Virus record (IMG/VR): IMGVR_UViG_3300028840_004184
Coordinates: 32,001 to 96,000 of that record
Length of the DNA stretch: 64,000 nt
Direction: 5' to 3' (one strand)
Origin: a virus
The notes below the pieces were generated by a model that was not told the DNA's origin, searched no databases, and saw only the letters and a program-made list of their open reading frames with translations. Of this stretch, positions 10,745-21,467 are shown in pieces. Within the stretch, counting starts at the first letter, position 1. Every line of letters begins with the position of its first letter. The position numbers and the translations under genes are program-made.

Positions 10745-11122
10745 ATGCGTTGTATTATTATTATGTTGTTTATTATGTTGTCATTAGTCGGGTGTCAGTC
10801 AATAAATCAAAATGAACGTCATATAATGCTTGATGTTAATGTTGCTACTGTTGCAGAATATTTTTGTGTTGCCGCACAACTTGATATTATACTCAATGAA
10901 TTGCTTGTGTATAATCCTGATAATGAAAGTCTCTTAGACATTCAGAAAAAGCTTAAAGAATCTAGAGCCAACGTTGCTGAGTTGGCGGAGCATCTTCGTA
11001 AAATGGTCGAGTCTTCTGATCTTGAAGATACTGTGAAAAATAGTATGTTCGAGGTATTAAATGCTGCTATATTGTTGGGTATTGATAACACCAAGGTATT
11101 AGTCACACCAAGAGGAGAATAA
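10745..11122 (+). CDS. putative lipoprotein
   Basis: hydrophobic N-terminus with LVGC lipobox. Confidence 0.6.
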   Translation: MRCIIIMLFIMLSLVGCQSINQNERHIMLDVNVATVAEYFCVAAQLDIILNELLVYNPDNESLLDIQKKLKESRANVAELAEHLRKMVESSDLEDTVKNSMFEVLNAAILLGIDNTKVLVTPRGE

Positions 11123-11124
11123 TC

Positions 11125-11352
11125 ATGCCATTCGAACCCAGAGGAATAGACGGATTAAAAGTTTTTAATATCCCTGAAGAGAAACTCAAGGAGATGCAAG
11201 CCAAAGCAAAGCATATGATCAAAAAGAAACATGTTAAAGAATTACTAAGTGTTATGGAGCAGGTCCAACAAGCCAAAGACCAACGAAAAGCATTAATTAA
11301 ACATCTTTTTTCTGTCCTCCGTATAGCTATCGCCCTAGGTTTTCGCGTGTAA
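11125..11352 (+). CDS. hypothetical protein
   Basis: GGAG RBS, operonic spacing. Confidence 0.55.
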   Translation: MPFEPRGIDGLKVFNIPEEKLKEMQAKAKHMIKKKHVKELLSVMEQVQQAKDQRKALIKHLFSVLRIAIALGFRV

Positions 11353-11364
11353 GGAAAAACATTT

Positions 11365-12222
11365 ATGCCTAAAATAAGCTACTTAGTATCCACATATAAT
11401 TCTGCTGATTATCTTGACAGATGTATTAGGGACCTTATGCTACAGAGCGAACAAAACTTCGAGATAATTATTGTGAACCCTAATTCACCAGATAGGGATG
11501 ATGAAATAGCCCAAGAGTGGTTGGATCGCGATTCTCGCATCAGGTATTTTTATGTTAAGGAGCGGGAACCTTATGGTCAGTCATGGCTTAGGGCATGGCA
11601 GCAAGCCGAATCCCCGATTGTGTGTAATGCTAATACGGATGACACAAGACATTATATGTTTGGTACATATGTGATTAGTGCTTTAGAATCTACGGACGGT
11701 ATAGCTTTTGTTTATCCTGGTGTTAATGTAGTAAATCAGAAAGGGATATATACTGGAGGCGGTGAGAGAGGGCCTTTTGATAGAAATGTTTTTAAGAAGG
11801 AGTGTCATGGTGGACCGTGTGTTGCTTGGCGGACGAGTCTGAGGGACGAAGTAAATATGGATGAGGCCTGGGAAAGAGCTGGTGTATATACGTCTGCTTT
11901 TGATTATTGGCTTTGGCTAAAATTTATGAGCCTGGGGTATGATGGTAAAGTTCTTTATGGAGTGCCTGTGACATATACTCAGAGGCCGGATTCAATCGAG
12001 AATAGTTCTGGTCCTAAATCTACGTGGCAGTCGTTTTGTGCTATATCTGAGTTTTTCCCCGAGGCTATCCAAGAAATAGGGAAGGAAGCATTGGACTTTC
12101 TTAGTTTTCCTGTTGTTCCTCCTCAGGACGAATGGTGTGAAATGATGAAAACTAAGATTGGACCAGATGATATCAAGAGGTGGGACGGAGCCAAGATTAA
12201 TATTTTTGCGGAGCGGGTATGA
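11365..12222 (+). CDS. GT2 glycosyltransferase
   Basis: ISYLVSTYN...Q..NFEIIIVN, NTDD, DYWLWLK. Confidence 0.88.
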   Translation: MPKISYLVSTYNSADYLDRCIRDLMLQSEQNFEIIIVNPNSPDRDDEIAQEWLDRDSRIRYFYVKEREPYGQSWLRAWQQAESPIVCNANTDDTRHYMFGTYVISALESTDGIAFVYPGVNVVNQKGIYTGGGERGPFDRNVFKKECHGGPCVAWRTSLRDEVNMDEAWERAGVYTSAFDYWLWLKFMSLGYDGKVLYGVPVTYTQRPDSIENSSGPKSTWQSFCAISEFFPEAIQEIGKEALDFLSFPVVPPQDEWCEMMKTKIGPDDIKRWDGAKINIFAERV

Positions 12223-13349
12223 AGATCTTGCATTTTATACATGATTTAGGAATTGGTGGTACTCAGAAAACCTGTGAGCAGTTTGCTATTGAACTTGCTA
12301 GGCGTGGGCATACATGCTCTGTCGTATTTTATGAAGGTGGGGCAACAGACAGGTGTGAAAACTTAGATAGTTGTGCAGCGAATGATGTTGGGTATGATAG
12401 ATTAGTTTGGTTTGGTATTAATAGGGAGAATAAAGAGAAAGCCTTCCAGGAAATAGTAGATAAGTTTAAGCCTGATATTATTCATACATATTTGAGTGGA
12501 TATCCTGAATTTCCTGATCCTGGCAAAGACTATGATCCTCGCGGAGCGAAGTGTGTTCAAACGAATGTATTTGGTCATTATAATAGTAACCCTGATTTAC
12601 ACAAAGTGTTATATATGAGCGAATATCTTTATTTTCATGCCAGGAAACATGGCTATGCTACTGGTCCTGATTTCCGATATGACTTTATTTACAATCCTGT
12701 CCCTAAACCTGTGGTTAGTAGGGTGTCTAAGCTGGTGCTTGATGGTGACAAGGAAATTTGGCCGAAAGATAATAAAATTGTTATCGGTAGGACTGGTAGA
12801 CCTGAGAATGGGATATACGACTCTATATCTATTGACGCCTTAAATATATTGTTGCAAAACCAGCCGGAATTACGTGGCAAAATTAATTTTTTGGTTCTTG
12901 CTCCGCCTCCTAATATGGTTAAAGATCTTAAGAGATATAGTATTCCCTTTAGTATGCATTGTCCTACGGTCATACCTTATGAAATCGATCGTATTTATAG
13001 TAAAATGGATATTTTTGCACATGCTCGTTTGGATGGCGAGACATGTGGCTGCGTTATTGAGGAGGCTATGATGCATGGGCTTCCTGTTGTTACTCATGTA
13101 TCGCAGCCCGATGTTCCAAATGTTTATCCGTTCCAGGCACAAACAACTCTTGTGGAAAATGATCGTACAGGATTTGTTGTTGGACATTCTGCTGAAGAGT
13201 ATGCTGAAGCCTTGGGTGAGCTTATCGAAGATGCTGATCTTCGCAAGAAGCTTGGTGATGCTGGTAAGGAAGTTGCCTTGTCACTTTTTGAGACTGGTGT
13301 ATGTGTGGATAAGTTGGAGAAAATATATTACGAGTTAATAAATGAATAA
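12219..13349 (+). CDS. GT4 glycosyltransferase
   Basis: MKILHF..GGTQ, GETCGCVIEEAMMHGLPVV. Confidence 0.9.
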   Translation: MKILHFIHDLGIGGTQKTCEQFAIELARRGHTCSVVFYEGGATDRCENLDSCAANDVGYDRLVWFGINRENKEKAFQEIVDKFKPDIIHTYLSGYPEFPDPGKDYDPRGAKCVQTNVFGHYNSNPDLHKVLYMSEYLYFHARKHGYATGPDFRYDFIYNPVPKPVVSRVSKLVLDGDKEIWPKDNKIVIGRTGRPENGIYDSISIDALNILLQNQPELRGKINFLVLAPPPNMVKDLKRYSIPFSMHCPTVIPYEIDRIYSKMDIFAHARLDGETCGCVIEEAMMHGLPVVTHVSQPDVPNVYPFQAQTTLVENDRTGFVVGHSAEEYAEALGELIEDADLRKKLGDAGKEVALSLFETGVCVDKLEKIYYELINE

Positions 13350-14034
13350 TCAAAGAGTAAAGCCATTTATTCAAGCGGTTAACAGGCTAAAAAACGCCAG
13401 GTGTGATGGCAATAAGATATATTATGATTTCCAGATACCTGGATGGTGTCATCAAGAAACAATGTTCTTTTTGAATCTTGTAGTTGGTCATTTTTTGAAT
13501 CAAGACGAACAGTATTTGGAAATAGGCACCTATTGTGGTAAAAGTCTAGTAGCTGCTCTTTATAAAAATTATGCTAAGGCTCAAGTAATAGAGCCGTTTG
13601 AGAAGCATTTGCCGGATGGAGTACATATTAGAAGTAAGTGGGTGGAAAATATTAGTCGTTTTGGTCTTGGGTCTGAGAATAGAGTCACGCTTCATAATGA
13701 AAAGTGTGAGCAGTTCGATGGCGATCTACCAGAGATCGGCGTGTTTTATTATGATGGTAATCATGACTCAGGTCACACTTACGAGGCTCTTAAAAAGTAC
13801 GAGAAGTATTTAGCGGACAATGCAATTATCATAGTTGATGATTATTATATCGGCGGAGGGGACGCCCAAACTCCTTATCCTGGATACGATGTTGTTGATG
13901 GTCATCCAGTTAAAGTTGATACTGACAGGTGGGTGTCTGAAAATCAAGATAAGGCCAGGATAGTTTGGATTATGCCGTGCGAGAACCATCAAGCCGTTAT
14001 TTTATATAGAAGAAATGGTCATGAAGAAGATTAA
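13342..14034 (+). CDS. class I SAM-dependent methyltransferase (Methyltransf_24-like)
   Basis: YLEIGTYCGKS, FYYDGNH, IIIVDD. Confidence 0.85.
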   Translation: MNNQRVKPFIQAVNRLKNARCDGNKIYYDFQIPGWCHQETMFFLNLVVGHFLNQDEQYLEIGTYCGKSLVAALYKNYAKAQVIEPFEKHLPDGVHIRSKWVENISRFGLGSENRVTLHNEKCEQFDGDLPEIGVFYYDGNHDSGHTYEALKKYEKYLADNAIIIVDDYYIGGGDAQTPYPGYDVVDGHPVKVDTDRWVSENQDKARIVWIMPCENHQAVILYRRNGHEED

Positions 14035-15079
14035 GGTAGTACATCACACAAAAGGATGTGGGTATTCTGGCACAGATAGGACAGCCCAGCTTTTCTGTCA
14101 ATATTTAGACAGGAGTAAGTTTGAGCCGTATATTGTGTACAGGGAAAACGCTGATTGTTCGCGGGTAAATTTTATGAAGCGTGAACTTGAAGGCAGTAAT
14201 GTGGTGGAATACGATCACGAACACGGTAATAATGTTTCTCCTTATTGGCCCAAGAGAGATAATTTTGTAGATGTGATTCGTTCTATTAACCCAGACATTA
14301 TACATTTCCATCGTTCTGGTCATACCGAGTGGCCTTGTTTGCCTTTTCTCAAGAAGGAATTTCCGAAAGTCAAGTTTGTTGAAACTAATATATTCGCTCA
14401 TAACGATAATTTTCCATGGGACCTGAGATTATTTATATGTCCTTATATCGCAACGAGAGCAGGGCATCCTGACGGATCTTATTTATATAATCCAGTAGAA
14501 TTGCCTTATTGCGGTGAAGGTAGTGACGATTCTGATATTGTCGTTTTGGGGCGAATAGGTAGACAGGATAATTTTTATGATATATCCTTACAGGCTTGTC
14601 GATTGTTGTTAGGTCGAGGAATTAAAAACTGGAAGTACTTGATTGTTAATCCTTGTGACAAGTGGATTAACAGGATTCATGAATTAGGGCTTGATAAATA
14701 TTGTGAGCCTATTGTCCCGATTTATGATAATCGATCATTATCTAGATTTTATTCATTATTAGATGTTTTCGCACATTCCAGAAGTGATGGTGAATGCCAA
14801 AGTGTTTGTATGAGTGAAGCACAAATACATGGTGTTCCCATTGTTACCCATAAGTCGCCATGCTGGAATGGTCAGGTTGATCAAATTAATTTGAGTAATT
14901 GTGGGTTTTGTGTTGGGTGGAATGATGCCGTTGGGTATGCTGATAATTTACAGGCATTAATAGAAAGTAAGTCATTGAGAGAACGACTTGGGGGGAACGG
15001 TAGGCGGTGGGCTAATCATAATGTCGAGGCTAGTGTTGTAGTTAAGCAACTTGAGGGATACTATGAGGGACTCATATAA
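14015..15079 (+). CDS. GT4 glycosyltransferase (paralogue of 12219..13349)
   Basis: DVFAHSRSDGECQSVCMSEAQIHGVPIVTH; shares TNxF and IGR motifs with 12219. Confidence 0.88.
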   Translation: MVMKKIKVVHHTKGCGYSGTDRTAQLFCQYLDRSKFEPYIVYRENADCSRVNFMKRELEGSNVVEYDHEHGNNVSPYWPKRDNFVDVIRSINPDIIHFHRSGHTEWPCLPFLKKEFPKVKFVETNIFAHNDNFPWDLRLFICPYIATRAGHPDGSYLYNPVELPYCGEGSDDSDIVVLGRIGRQDNFYDISLQACRLLLGRGIKNWKYLIVNPCDKWINRIHELGLDKYCEPIVPIYDNRSLSRFYSLLDVFAHSRSDGECQSVCMSEAQIHGVPIVTHKSPCWNGQVDQINLSNCGFCVGWNDAVGYADNLQALIESKSLRERLGGNGRRWANHNVEASVVVKQLEGYYEGLI

Positions 15080-15633
15080 TGTCTAATATATTTTTTATCG
15101 CTGATACTCATTTCGGACACGCTAATATTTCTAAATATTGTAATCGTCCTTTCTCTTCGAAAGAAATGGACGAAATGATGATCGAGCGTTGGAATAATGT
15201 TGTCAAATGTCATGATCTTATATATCATTTGGGCGACTTCGCGTTCTGTTGTAGTCCTGCATATGCCGAAAATGTTTTAAAACATCTTAATGGACAGATA
15301 TATCTTTGTAAAGGATCGCATGATAAAATTGTTCTAAAAAATAAATGTAGAACATATTTTGCGGATATTCAAGAATCATTTTATTTACATATTCACAAGG
15401 GAATATTCTTGGCTCATTGTTGTCATAAGGTTTGGCATAAATCTCATCATGGATCATGGCATCTTTTTGGTCATAGTCATGGTGGGCTTGATAACTATGC
15501 TCACAACGAGGGTAAGTTACTGGATGTGGGAGTAGACAGTAATGATTTTACGCCATGGCATATCGATGAGGTCCGGGCCGTTATGGCTAAGCGTCCCTTA
15601 AATTTTAATGATCTACAAAGGAGAGAAAATTGA
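15079..15633 (+). CDS. calcineurin-like metallophosphoesterase
   Basis: DTHFGH, HLGDF, GSHD, FGHSH motifs. Confidence 0.9.
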   Translation: MSNIFFIADTHFGHANISKYCNRPFSSKEMDEMMIERWNNVVKCHDLIYHLGDFAFCCSPAYAENVLKHLNGQIYLCKGSHDKIVLKNKCRTYFADIQESFYLHIHKGIFLAHCCHKVWHKSHHGSWHLFGHSHGGLDNYAHNEGKLLDVGVDSNDFTPWHIDEVRAVMAKRPLNFNDLQRREN

Positions 15634-16634
15634 AGATAGGAATCTATACTACTGCACTTGGCTCGCATATTTCTGGTGGTATACTATGTATTGTTGAAAC
15701 ACTGAATGCACTTATCAGGCTTGGACATGAATGTTGCTGTTTTGTGGACGATAAGCCGTATCGATCGGACTGGTTAAAAACTGATTTCCCTGTTTTACCA
15801 TCTGATGAGATCGATAGTTTTGATGGTATACTGGTGTCTCCATATTCGCCAACGGCTGAAAGGGTTGCTTTTGCCAAAAATGCCGATGAGAGGTTCTACT
15901 GGGTGCATACCAATGAATCTTTATTCTGTCATAATGGACCGGAGTGGCAGGACCAGGCACGCAGATCATATCATTTGCCATTGAAGATTTTTTGTACATC
16001 TACATATGTACAGATTTTGATGGAAACTGTTTTTAATAGATATGTTATCGGTGCTTTAGTCCCGCCCGGCATAGACCCACAAACATTTTTCCCTAGCAAT
16101 CCGTTACAAAATAAAGATGTAGTGAACGTAGGTATGCTTCATCGTCCTGATTGGGTCAGGGGGCATGACGTTGCAGTACTTGGTATGCAGTTAGCACAAA
16201 GGACACTCGGTAAACATATGAATTCTGTGGTTATCGGTCCTACGTCAGATCGTCGTCAAATGGCTAACAGGATGCGATCCTTAGATATTTTTATTGACCC
16301 AAGTCGCGTTGCTGGTAGCCCGACTCCTGTTAAGGAGGCCATGGCGTGTGGGGCAATACCCATTTGTACAAAATATGGAACGACCGACTTTGTTCTTGAT
16401 GGTTACAATGGTCGTATCATCCCCCCTGACAATATAATGTCTTTGTCTAATCAGATAGTTAGTATTGCAAATCTTTCTTATGAAAAGCGTTGTGATATAG
16501 CCTCTCAGGCTGCTGAATATGTTAAACAGTTTTCGTGGGATCATATAGCTATGCGTTTTGAATCAGCCCTTGGAGAGGGCATTAATCGTGGCGACGAGTT
16601 ACTTAAGACAAGAAATTGGAATGAACCCAAATGA
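15630..16634 (+). CDS. GT4 glycosyltransferase
   Basis: SGGI N-terminus, PPGID, EAMACG. Confidence 0.85.
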   Translation: MKIGIYTTALGSHISGGILCIVETLNALIRLGHECCCFVDDKPYRSDWLKTDFPVLPSDEIDSFDGILVSPYSPTAERVAFAKNADERFYWVHTNESLFCHNGPEWQDQARRSYHLPLKIFCTSTYVQILMETVFNRYVIGALVPPGIDPQTFFPSNPLQNKDVVNVGMLHRPDWVRGHDVAVLGMQLAQRTLGKHMNSVVIGPTSDRRQMANRMRSLDIFIDPSRVAGSPTPVKEAMACGAIPICTKYGTTDFVLDGYNGRIIPPDNIMSLSNQIVSIANLSYEKRCDIASQAAEYVKQFSWDHIAMRFESALGEGINRGDELLKTRNWNEPK

Positions 16635-16987
16635 AACATATAAATATGTATATCAAATGTTGTAACGAGTGTCCTTTTTTAAAAATGGATGATTACGCTA
16701 GACCTGGATATATATGGTGGTGTGAATGCAAGGGAGCACCACAGGGTGATAGGGGGCATGTTTTAGATATGCACGAACGAGGAAAAGATATACCCGTGTG
16801 GTGTCCACTACCAGATGCACACGCACTGGAGTTGCCTATGTTGGCCGCATGTATTAAGCCGGTAGAAAACAAGTGCCCAAAATGTAGAACCGTGGGTGAA
16901 GTTGGAATGATAAAATGCGATAACAATGGCGTGCATCAAAATTATCAATGTCCAAAATGTGGCTGCGGGTGGAGTGACAGAATTTGA
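16631..16987 (+). CDS. Cys-rich zinc-finger protein
   Basis: CNECPF, CPL, two CPKC motifs. Confidence 0.6.
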   Translation: MKHINMYIKCCNECPFLKMDDYARPGYIWWCECKGAPQGDRGHVLDMHERGKDIPVWCPLPDAHALELPMLAACIKPVENKCPKCRTVGEVGMIKCDNNGVHQNYQCPKCGCGWSDRI

Positions 16988-17883
16988 AGATACTAGTATC
17001 GTATAGAGGCATACCACAATCTCCTGGTTGGGCTACGGGAGATCTCGTATTTAATGCTTTTAAGAGCATGGGGTATGAGGTGTACACCTACGGATATTAT
17101 TATCAGAACCCCAAGAATAGACTGCCTAATAATCTAACTATAGAACAGGCGAAACGCGAAACTTGGGACCTTGTTCTTTATATGGAATGTAATGACCCAG
17201 ACCCACAATATGTGGAGCTTAAACATTTAAATTCTAAGAAGTTTGTATACTGGGATTTTGACGCTTCGTATCATCTTGATCATACTCTTGGTTTCGTAAA
17301 CTATATGAGGTTTGATCATATATTTTGTGCTAATATTTTACTTAAGGAGTATTTTAAAAGATATGCACCTACTACCATATTACCATACGCTTTTTGTAAA
17401 GACAAACACTGTATAGTAACACAACCGGATAGAACAATGAGATTTGCTATGGTCGGTAGTAACTGGGGCGAGCGACAAAAGATTTATGAAGCTTTGATTA
17501 AGGAGCGAATTCCTGTTGATTTAGTAGTAAATAAATTTCGCGAAGAATACATAGAGGCATTGGCGTCTACGCATGTATGCATAAATCATAATGTTAAGAG
17601 TGGAAGAGGACTATTAGTGATGCGTATTTTTGAAGCCTTAGGAGCGAAGACGTGTCTGTTGACTAATGATGCCGATGGAATTCAACATTTTTTGACACCG
17701 GACCAGGATTGCATAGTGTATAAAGATATTCCGCACCTTATTGAAATTTGTCGTGGTTTGAACGCACCAAAGGGTATGATACTTGCTGACCAGATAGCCG
17801 AGATCGGACATAAAACTGGTATAGATAGGCATACGTATCATCATAGATGCCAGAAAATATTAAGAGTTTTAAACTTGGAGTAA
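16984..17883 (+). CDS. glycosyltransferase (CgeB / Glyco_trans_1_2-like)
   Basis: MRIFEALGAKTCLLT and HTYHHR C-terminal motifs. Confidence 0.8.
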   Translation: MKILVSYRGIPQSPGWATGDLVFNAFKSMGYEVYTYGYYYQNPKNRLPNNLTIEQAKRETWDLVLYMECNDPDPQYVELKHLNSKKFVYWDFDASYHLDHTLGFVNYMRFDHIFCANILLKEYFKRYAPTTILPYAFCKDKHCIVTQPDRTMRFAMVGSNWGERQKIYEALIKERIPVDLVVNKFREEYIEALASTHVCINHNVKSGRGLLVMRIFEALGAKTCLLTNDADGIQHFLTPDQDCIVYKDIPHLIEICRGLNAPKGMILADQIAEIGHKTGIDRHTYHHRCQKILRVLNLE

Positions 17884-17888
17884 TAGTA

Positions 17889-18575
17889 GTGAGAGATTTG
17901 ACCTTATTAATTTGTAACCATAATCACGGCCACTTCCTAAAACGCATGCTGCGGGACGTTTTTAATCAAACCCTTAACCCAGATCGCTGGAAGTTAATAA
18001 TCATCCATGATGAATGCTCTGATGGCTCAGAGGAGATTTTTGACGAGGTATGGACAGAACTTTGTTCAGCCTCAGGACGCCCGGTAGATTGGCTGCCGTG
18101 TTTTTCTTTTGTTAAGGAGAAGAAGAAGGGTTTGGCTAATTGTAAGAACTTTGGTCTTAGTCGTTGTGATACCAAGTATGTAGCTTACCTGGATGTAGAT
18201 GATGGCATGCTCCCAGAAAGACTTGCTACGCAGCTTGGTTTTTTAGAGAATAACCCAGAAATAGATGCGGTTTTTACACAAGCCTGGGATCTTAACGACA
18301 AGGGACAGCTTCTTGTAAATTGTTTTGGTATAAATACTTATATAACGCATAACGATATAGCTGCTGCTTTACATCATGAAAACGTGTTGATGCACGGTTC
18401 TGCTATGATAAAAATGGATGCTATCAAGATTGTTGGTGGTTATGATGAGTCAGGCAGGCTTAAAGGACGAGAAGACTGGGGTTTGTGGCTAAAAATGCTT
18501 CGGGCTGGCTATAAGTTTTACAAGATTAATGAGAGGTTATGTATATATAGCTTGGGTACTTCGGTGGAGAGATAA
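17889..18575 (+). CDS. GT2 glycosyltransferase
   Basis: GTG start after GGAG; CNHN, SDGS, YLDVDD, GGYDE, EDWGLW. Confidence 0.88.
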   Translation: MRDLTLLICNHNHGHFLKRMLRDVFNQTLNPDRWKLIIIHDECSDGSEEIFDEVWTELCSASGRPVDWLPCFSFVKEKKKGLANCKNFGLSRCDTKYVAYLDVDDGMLPERLATQLGFLENNPEIDAVFTQAWDLNDKGQLLVNCFGINTYITHNDIAAALHHENVLMHGSAMIKMDAIKIVGGYDESGRLKGREDWGLWLKMLRAGYKFYKINERLCIYSLGTSVER

Positions 18576-18579
18576 CGCG

Positions 18580-19032
18580 ATGCGTGCAATATGTTCATGG
18601 TTGTTGAATATAAGAGCAAAAATCGGTGACGGTGTACGTAAATTAGGACTACTGATTATACCTAGAAGATATAGATTTTTGTATGTTACGAAGGGCATTA
18701 AAGCATTGAAATGTCTGGATGTTGATCAGGAATTTTATAGCCCCGGTGCTCCTTATACATGGGTGTCATTTGGGCAGTGTCCATATACTAAGGAGTGTAC
18801 AAGCAACCAGTGTTTTTTCAAAAGAAGAGATTGTTGTGGATACCAACCGTGGGCTACTGCATATAAAAATCAGGATGTTGTAGATAATGAAAAAAGAATG
18901 ACGGATAGATATGGTAAAGTCGTATTTCCTGAATTTGATATGGGGGTAGGTACAAATTGTATACGTATCGTTTGTAAAAGTGCTAAGGGTTATAGAGACA
19001 TAGACTATAGGGGTAGAGAGGTAACGCGATGA
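18580..19032 (+). CDS. hypothetical protein
   Basis: ATG 18580 after GGAG; Cys-rich. Confidence 0.55.
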   Translation: MRAICSWLLNIRAKIGDGVRKLGLLIIPRRYRFLYVTKGIKALKCLDVDQEFYSPGAPYTWVSFGQCPYTKECTSNQCFFKRRDCCGYQPWATAYKNQDVVDNEKRMTDRYGKVVFPEFDMGVGTNCIRIVCKSAKGYRDIDYRGREVTR

Positions 19033-19247
19033 TTTTTCTTAAGTCGTTTAATAATTCTGTTGGACCAGCTTGTCAGTTGATGCCTAACGTTTCTCCTCCA
19101 CCGGTATGGATTGATTATGCACAAGAACAAAAGATGAGTGAAATTTCTGATAGCTTTAAGCAGATATCAGCCAAGATAGATAAGCTTTCGAGTTTATTAG
19201 AGCAACTTACAAAAACTTTGGATGGATTAATTAATGAACGAACATAG
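19029..19247 (+). CDS. hypothetical coiled-coil protein
   Basis: coupled start/stop overlaps. Confidence 0.5.
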   Translation: MIFLKSFNNSVGPACQLMPNVSPPPVWIDYAQEQKMSEISDSFKQISAKIDKLSSLLEQLTKTLDGLINERT

Positions 19248-20244
19248 AATTCTTTATTGCAGTCTTAAGTATGATTATGCTGAGCCTGATCGTGGACTGT
19301 CTTATGAGGCTCTTAATCTTGAACATGGTATGCGTGAGTGTGCCGAGAACGGACTGTTCGATCTTGAGGTTTTTCATATTGATGATGAGCATATTAAGCT
19401 TGGACAAGAACAGGCGGACGTTAAGCTTATTGATGTGATTAGAAGATATAAGCCAACCATTTTATTTCATACGTCGTTTGATGATAACTGGGATATTGAT
19501 CCTGAGACGTTATTGTGGTGTAAAGAAGAAGGTATTAAAACAGTTCTTTGGAATTGTGATGCGTCTTGGAGGTTCAAAGATTTTATTCTTCCACGAAAGA
19601 GTAGGTATACTCATTTTATTACAACACATAATGTTACTATCCCTTGGTTTAAACAAGAGGGAATGAAGGTTATCAAGAGCCAATGGGGCGGATCTTCTTT
19701 GTATACTAGGTACATGAATAAGTCAGCGGGTGGCGTTAAGTTATACGATGTTTCTTTTGTAGGACAAAAGCATGGCATTAGGCCACAATTGGTTCATGCA
19801 TTAAATAATGCGGGAATTAAGGTGCATTTGTTTGGAAATTATTGGGACGGGCACCCCGATGATCATGGCTTTATTTCTTTTGACGATATGATTAATGTAT
19901 TTAATCAAACAAAGATAAATCTAAATTTTTCTAATCCGTTTCAAGTAAATACAGTGCCACAGATCAAGGGTAGACATTTCGAGATACCGCAGTGTGGCGG
20001 CTTCCAACTATCTACTATTGCTGATGATATAGAGTCTTACTTTGTTTCGGATAAGGAAATTGTTCTTGTTGATAGTGTACCTAAGCTGATTAATAGTATC
20101 CGACATTATCTTGGTCATGATGATGAAAGAGAAGCTGTCGCAGAGGCTGGTTTTCAACGTATGATGAAGGAACATCAATGGGAACATCGGTTTGAGCATA
20201 TTTTAAAGGAGATTGACAAAAATGAAAACGGAACTAGAAGCTAG
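19234..20244 (+). CDS. glycosyltransferase (CgeB-like)
   Basis: YDVSFVG, KINLN, RHFEIPQCGGFQLS, HQWEHR. Confidence 0.85.
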   Translation: MNEHRILYCSLKYDYAEPDRGLSYEALNLEHGMRECAENGLFDLEVFHIDDEHIKLGQEQADVKLIDVIRRYKPTILFHTSFDDNWDIDPETLLWCKEEGIKTVLWNCDASWRFKDFILPRKSRYTHFITTHNVTIPWFKQEGMKVIKSQWGGSSLYTRYMNKSAGGVKLYDVSFVGQKHGIRPQLVHALNNAGIKVHLFGNYWDGHPDDHGFISFDDMINVFNQTKINLNFSNPFQVNTVPQIKGRHFEIPQCGGFQLSTIADDIESYFVSDKEIVLVDSVPKLINSIRHYLGHDDEREAVAEAGFQRMMKEHQWEHRFEHILKEIDKNENGTRS

Positions 20245-20476
20245 GTTAGATCCCAATGAGTGTGGGGTAATTTTAAGTTTTTTGCAAAACGCGGACTTTA
20301 ATATTAAGGGTCAGTACATACCCATTGTCTCTAGTGCGATGCACAAGATGCAGGCAGTGTTGGTTGAGGCTGGGAAGCTTCAAGGAGATGCTTCTTCGCC
20401 TCAAAAGGAGCCCGTTGTACGGGCGTCTGGCATTAATAAAGCAGAGGATGGTAAAGATGGTGCTCCGTTTGGATAA
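20222..20476 (+). CDS. hypothetical protein
   Basis: AGGAG upstream; operonic. Confidence 0.5.
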   Translation: MKTELEARLDPNECGVILSFLQNADFNIKGQYIPIVSSAMHKMQAVLVEAGKLQGDASSPQKEPVVRASGINKAEDGKDGAPFG

Positions 20477-20489
20477 TAAGGAGGCATGA

Positions 20490-21458
20490 ATGAATTTACT
20501 TATCACTGGAGCTAATGGTTTCGTGGGTAAACACTTGGTCAAACTTCTCGCAAAGAAGAGGCCAGATATTAAGCTTTTTACACCATCACACGATACGTTC
20601 GATTTGCTCGATTCGTGTCATTTGTATGGATATTTAGACACATTTAAGATTGACCATATCGTACATTTGGCCGCCCGAGTTGGTGGTATCGGTGCTAATC
20701 AGAGTAAACCCGCGACTTTTCTCTATGATAATCTTTTGATGGGTATGAATATCGTACACGCAGCTAATAGCACCCCAGGTGTTAAGAAGCTTATTAACAT
20801 AGGGACAATTTGTAGTTATCCAAAACATACAGAGGTGCCATTTAAAGAAGAGAATATTTGGGATGGCTACCCCGAAGAAACAAATGCTCCTTATGGTATA
20901 GCTAAGCGTGCTGTGATGGCATATGCCATAGCATCTAATTTTCAGTACGGTACTAATGTAGTTAATTTGATGGCTGTTAATATGGCTGGTGAATATGATA
21001 ATTTTCATCCTCTCACATCACATGTTATACCAGCTATAATTTTGAAGATCGATAAGGCAATGGATGATGGTGATTCCGATATCAAATTATGGGGTACCGG
21101 TCAGGCAACCCGTGAATTTTTGTATGCTGGTGATTGTGCTCGTGCAATACTAATGTCTTTGGAGACTCATGTGGGGCCTGATCCGGTGAATATTGGTACA
21201 GGCAAAGAGATTACTATTCGCGTTCTCGCAAACGCTATTAAAAGTTTTATGAAGTACCAGGGGAATATTATGTTTACCTCTCAGGTATCTGATGGTCAAC
21301 CAAGACGTTGTTTAGATGTTTCTAGAGCTAAAAAGATATTTGGTTTTAAGCCCGAGGTAGATTTGTCAGAAATGATTCGGCGAGAAGTTCAATATTATTA
21401 TAGTCTTAAAGAACAGAATCCCGAATTAATAGATTCGTATAGAGCAATGATTAGCTAA
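20490..21458 (+). CDS. fcl: GDP-L-fucose synthase
   Basis: TGANGFVG, HLAARVGGIGAN, YGIAK, SHVIPA, WGTG..TREF, DGQPRR. Confidence 0.95.
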   Translation: MNLLITGANGFVGKHLVKLLAKKRPDIKLFTPSHDTFDLLDSCHLYGYLDTFKIDHIVHLAARVGGIGANQSKPATFLYDNLLMGMNIVHAANSTPGVKKLINIGTICSYPKHTEVPFKEENIWDGYPEETNAPYGIAKRAVMAYAIASNFQYGTNVVNLMAVNMAGEYDNFHPLTSHVIPAIILKIDKAMDDGDSDIKLWGTGQATREFLYAGDCARAILMSLETHVGPDPVNIGTGKEITIRVLANAIKSFMKYQGNIMFTSQVSDGQPRRCLDVSRAKKIFGFKPEVDLSEMIRREVQYYYSLKEQNPELIDSYRAMIS

Positions 21459-21467
21459 GGAGGATAA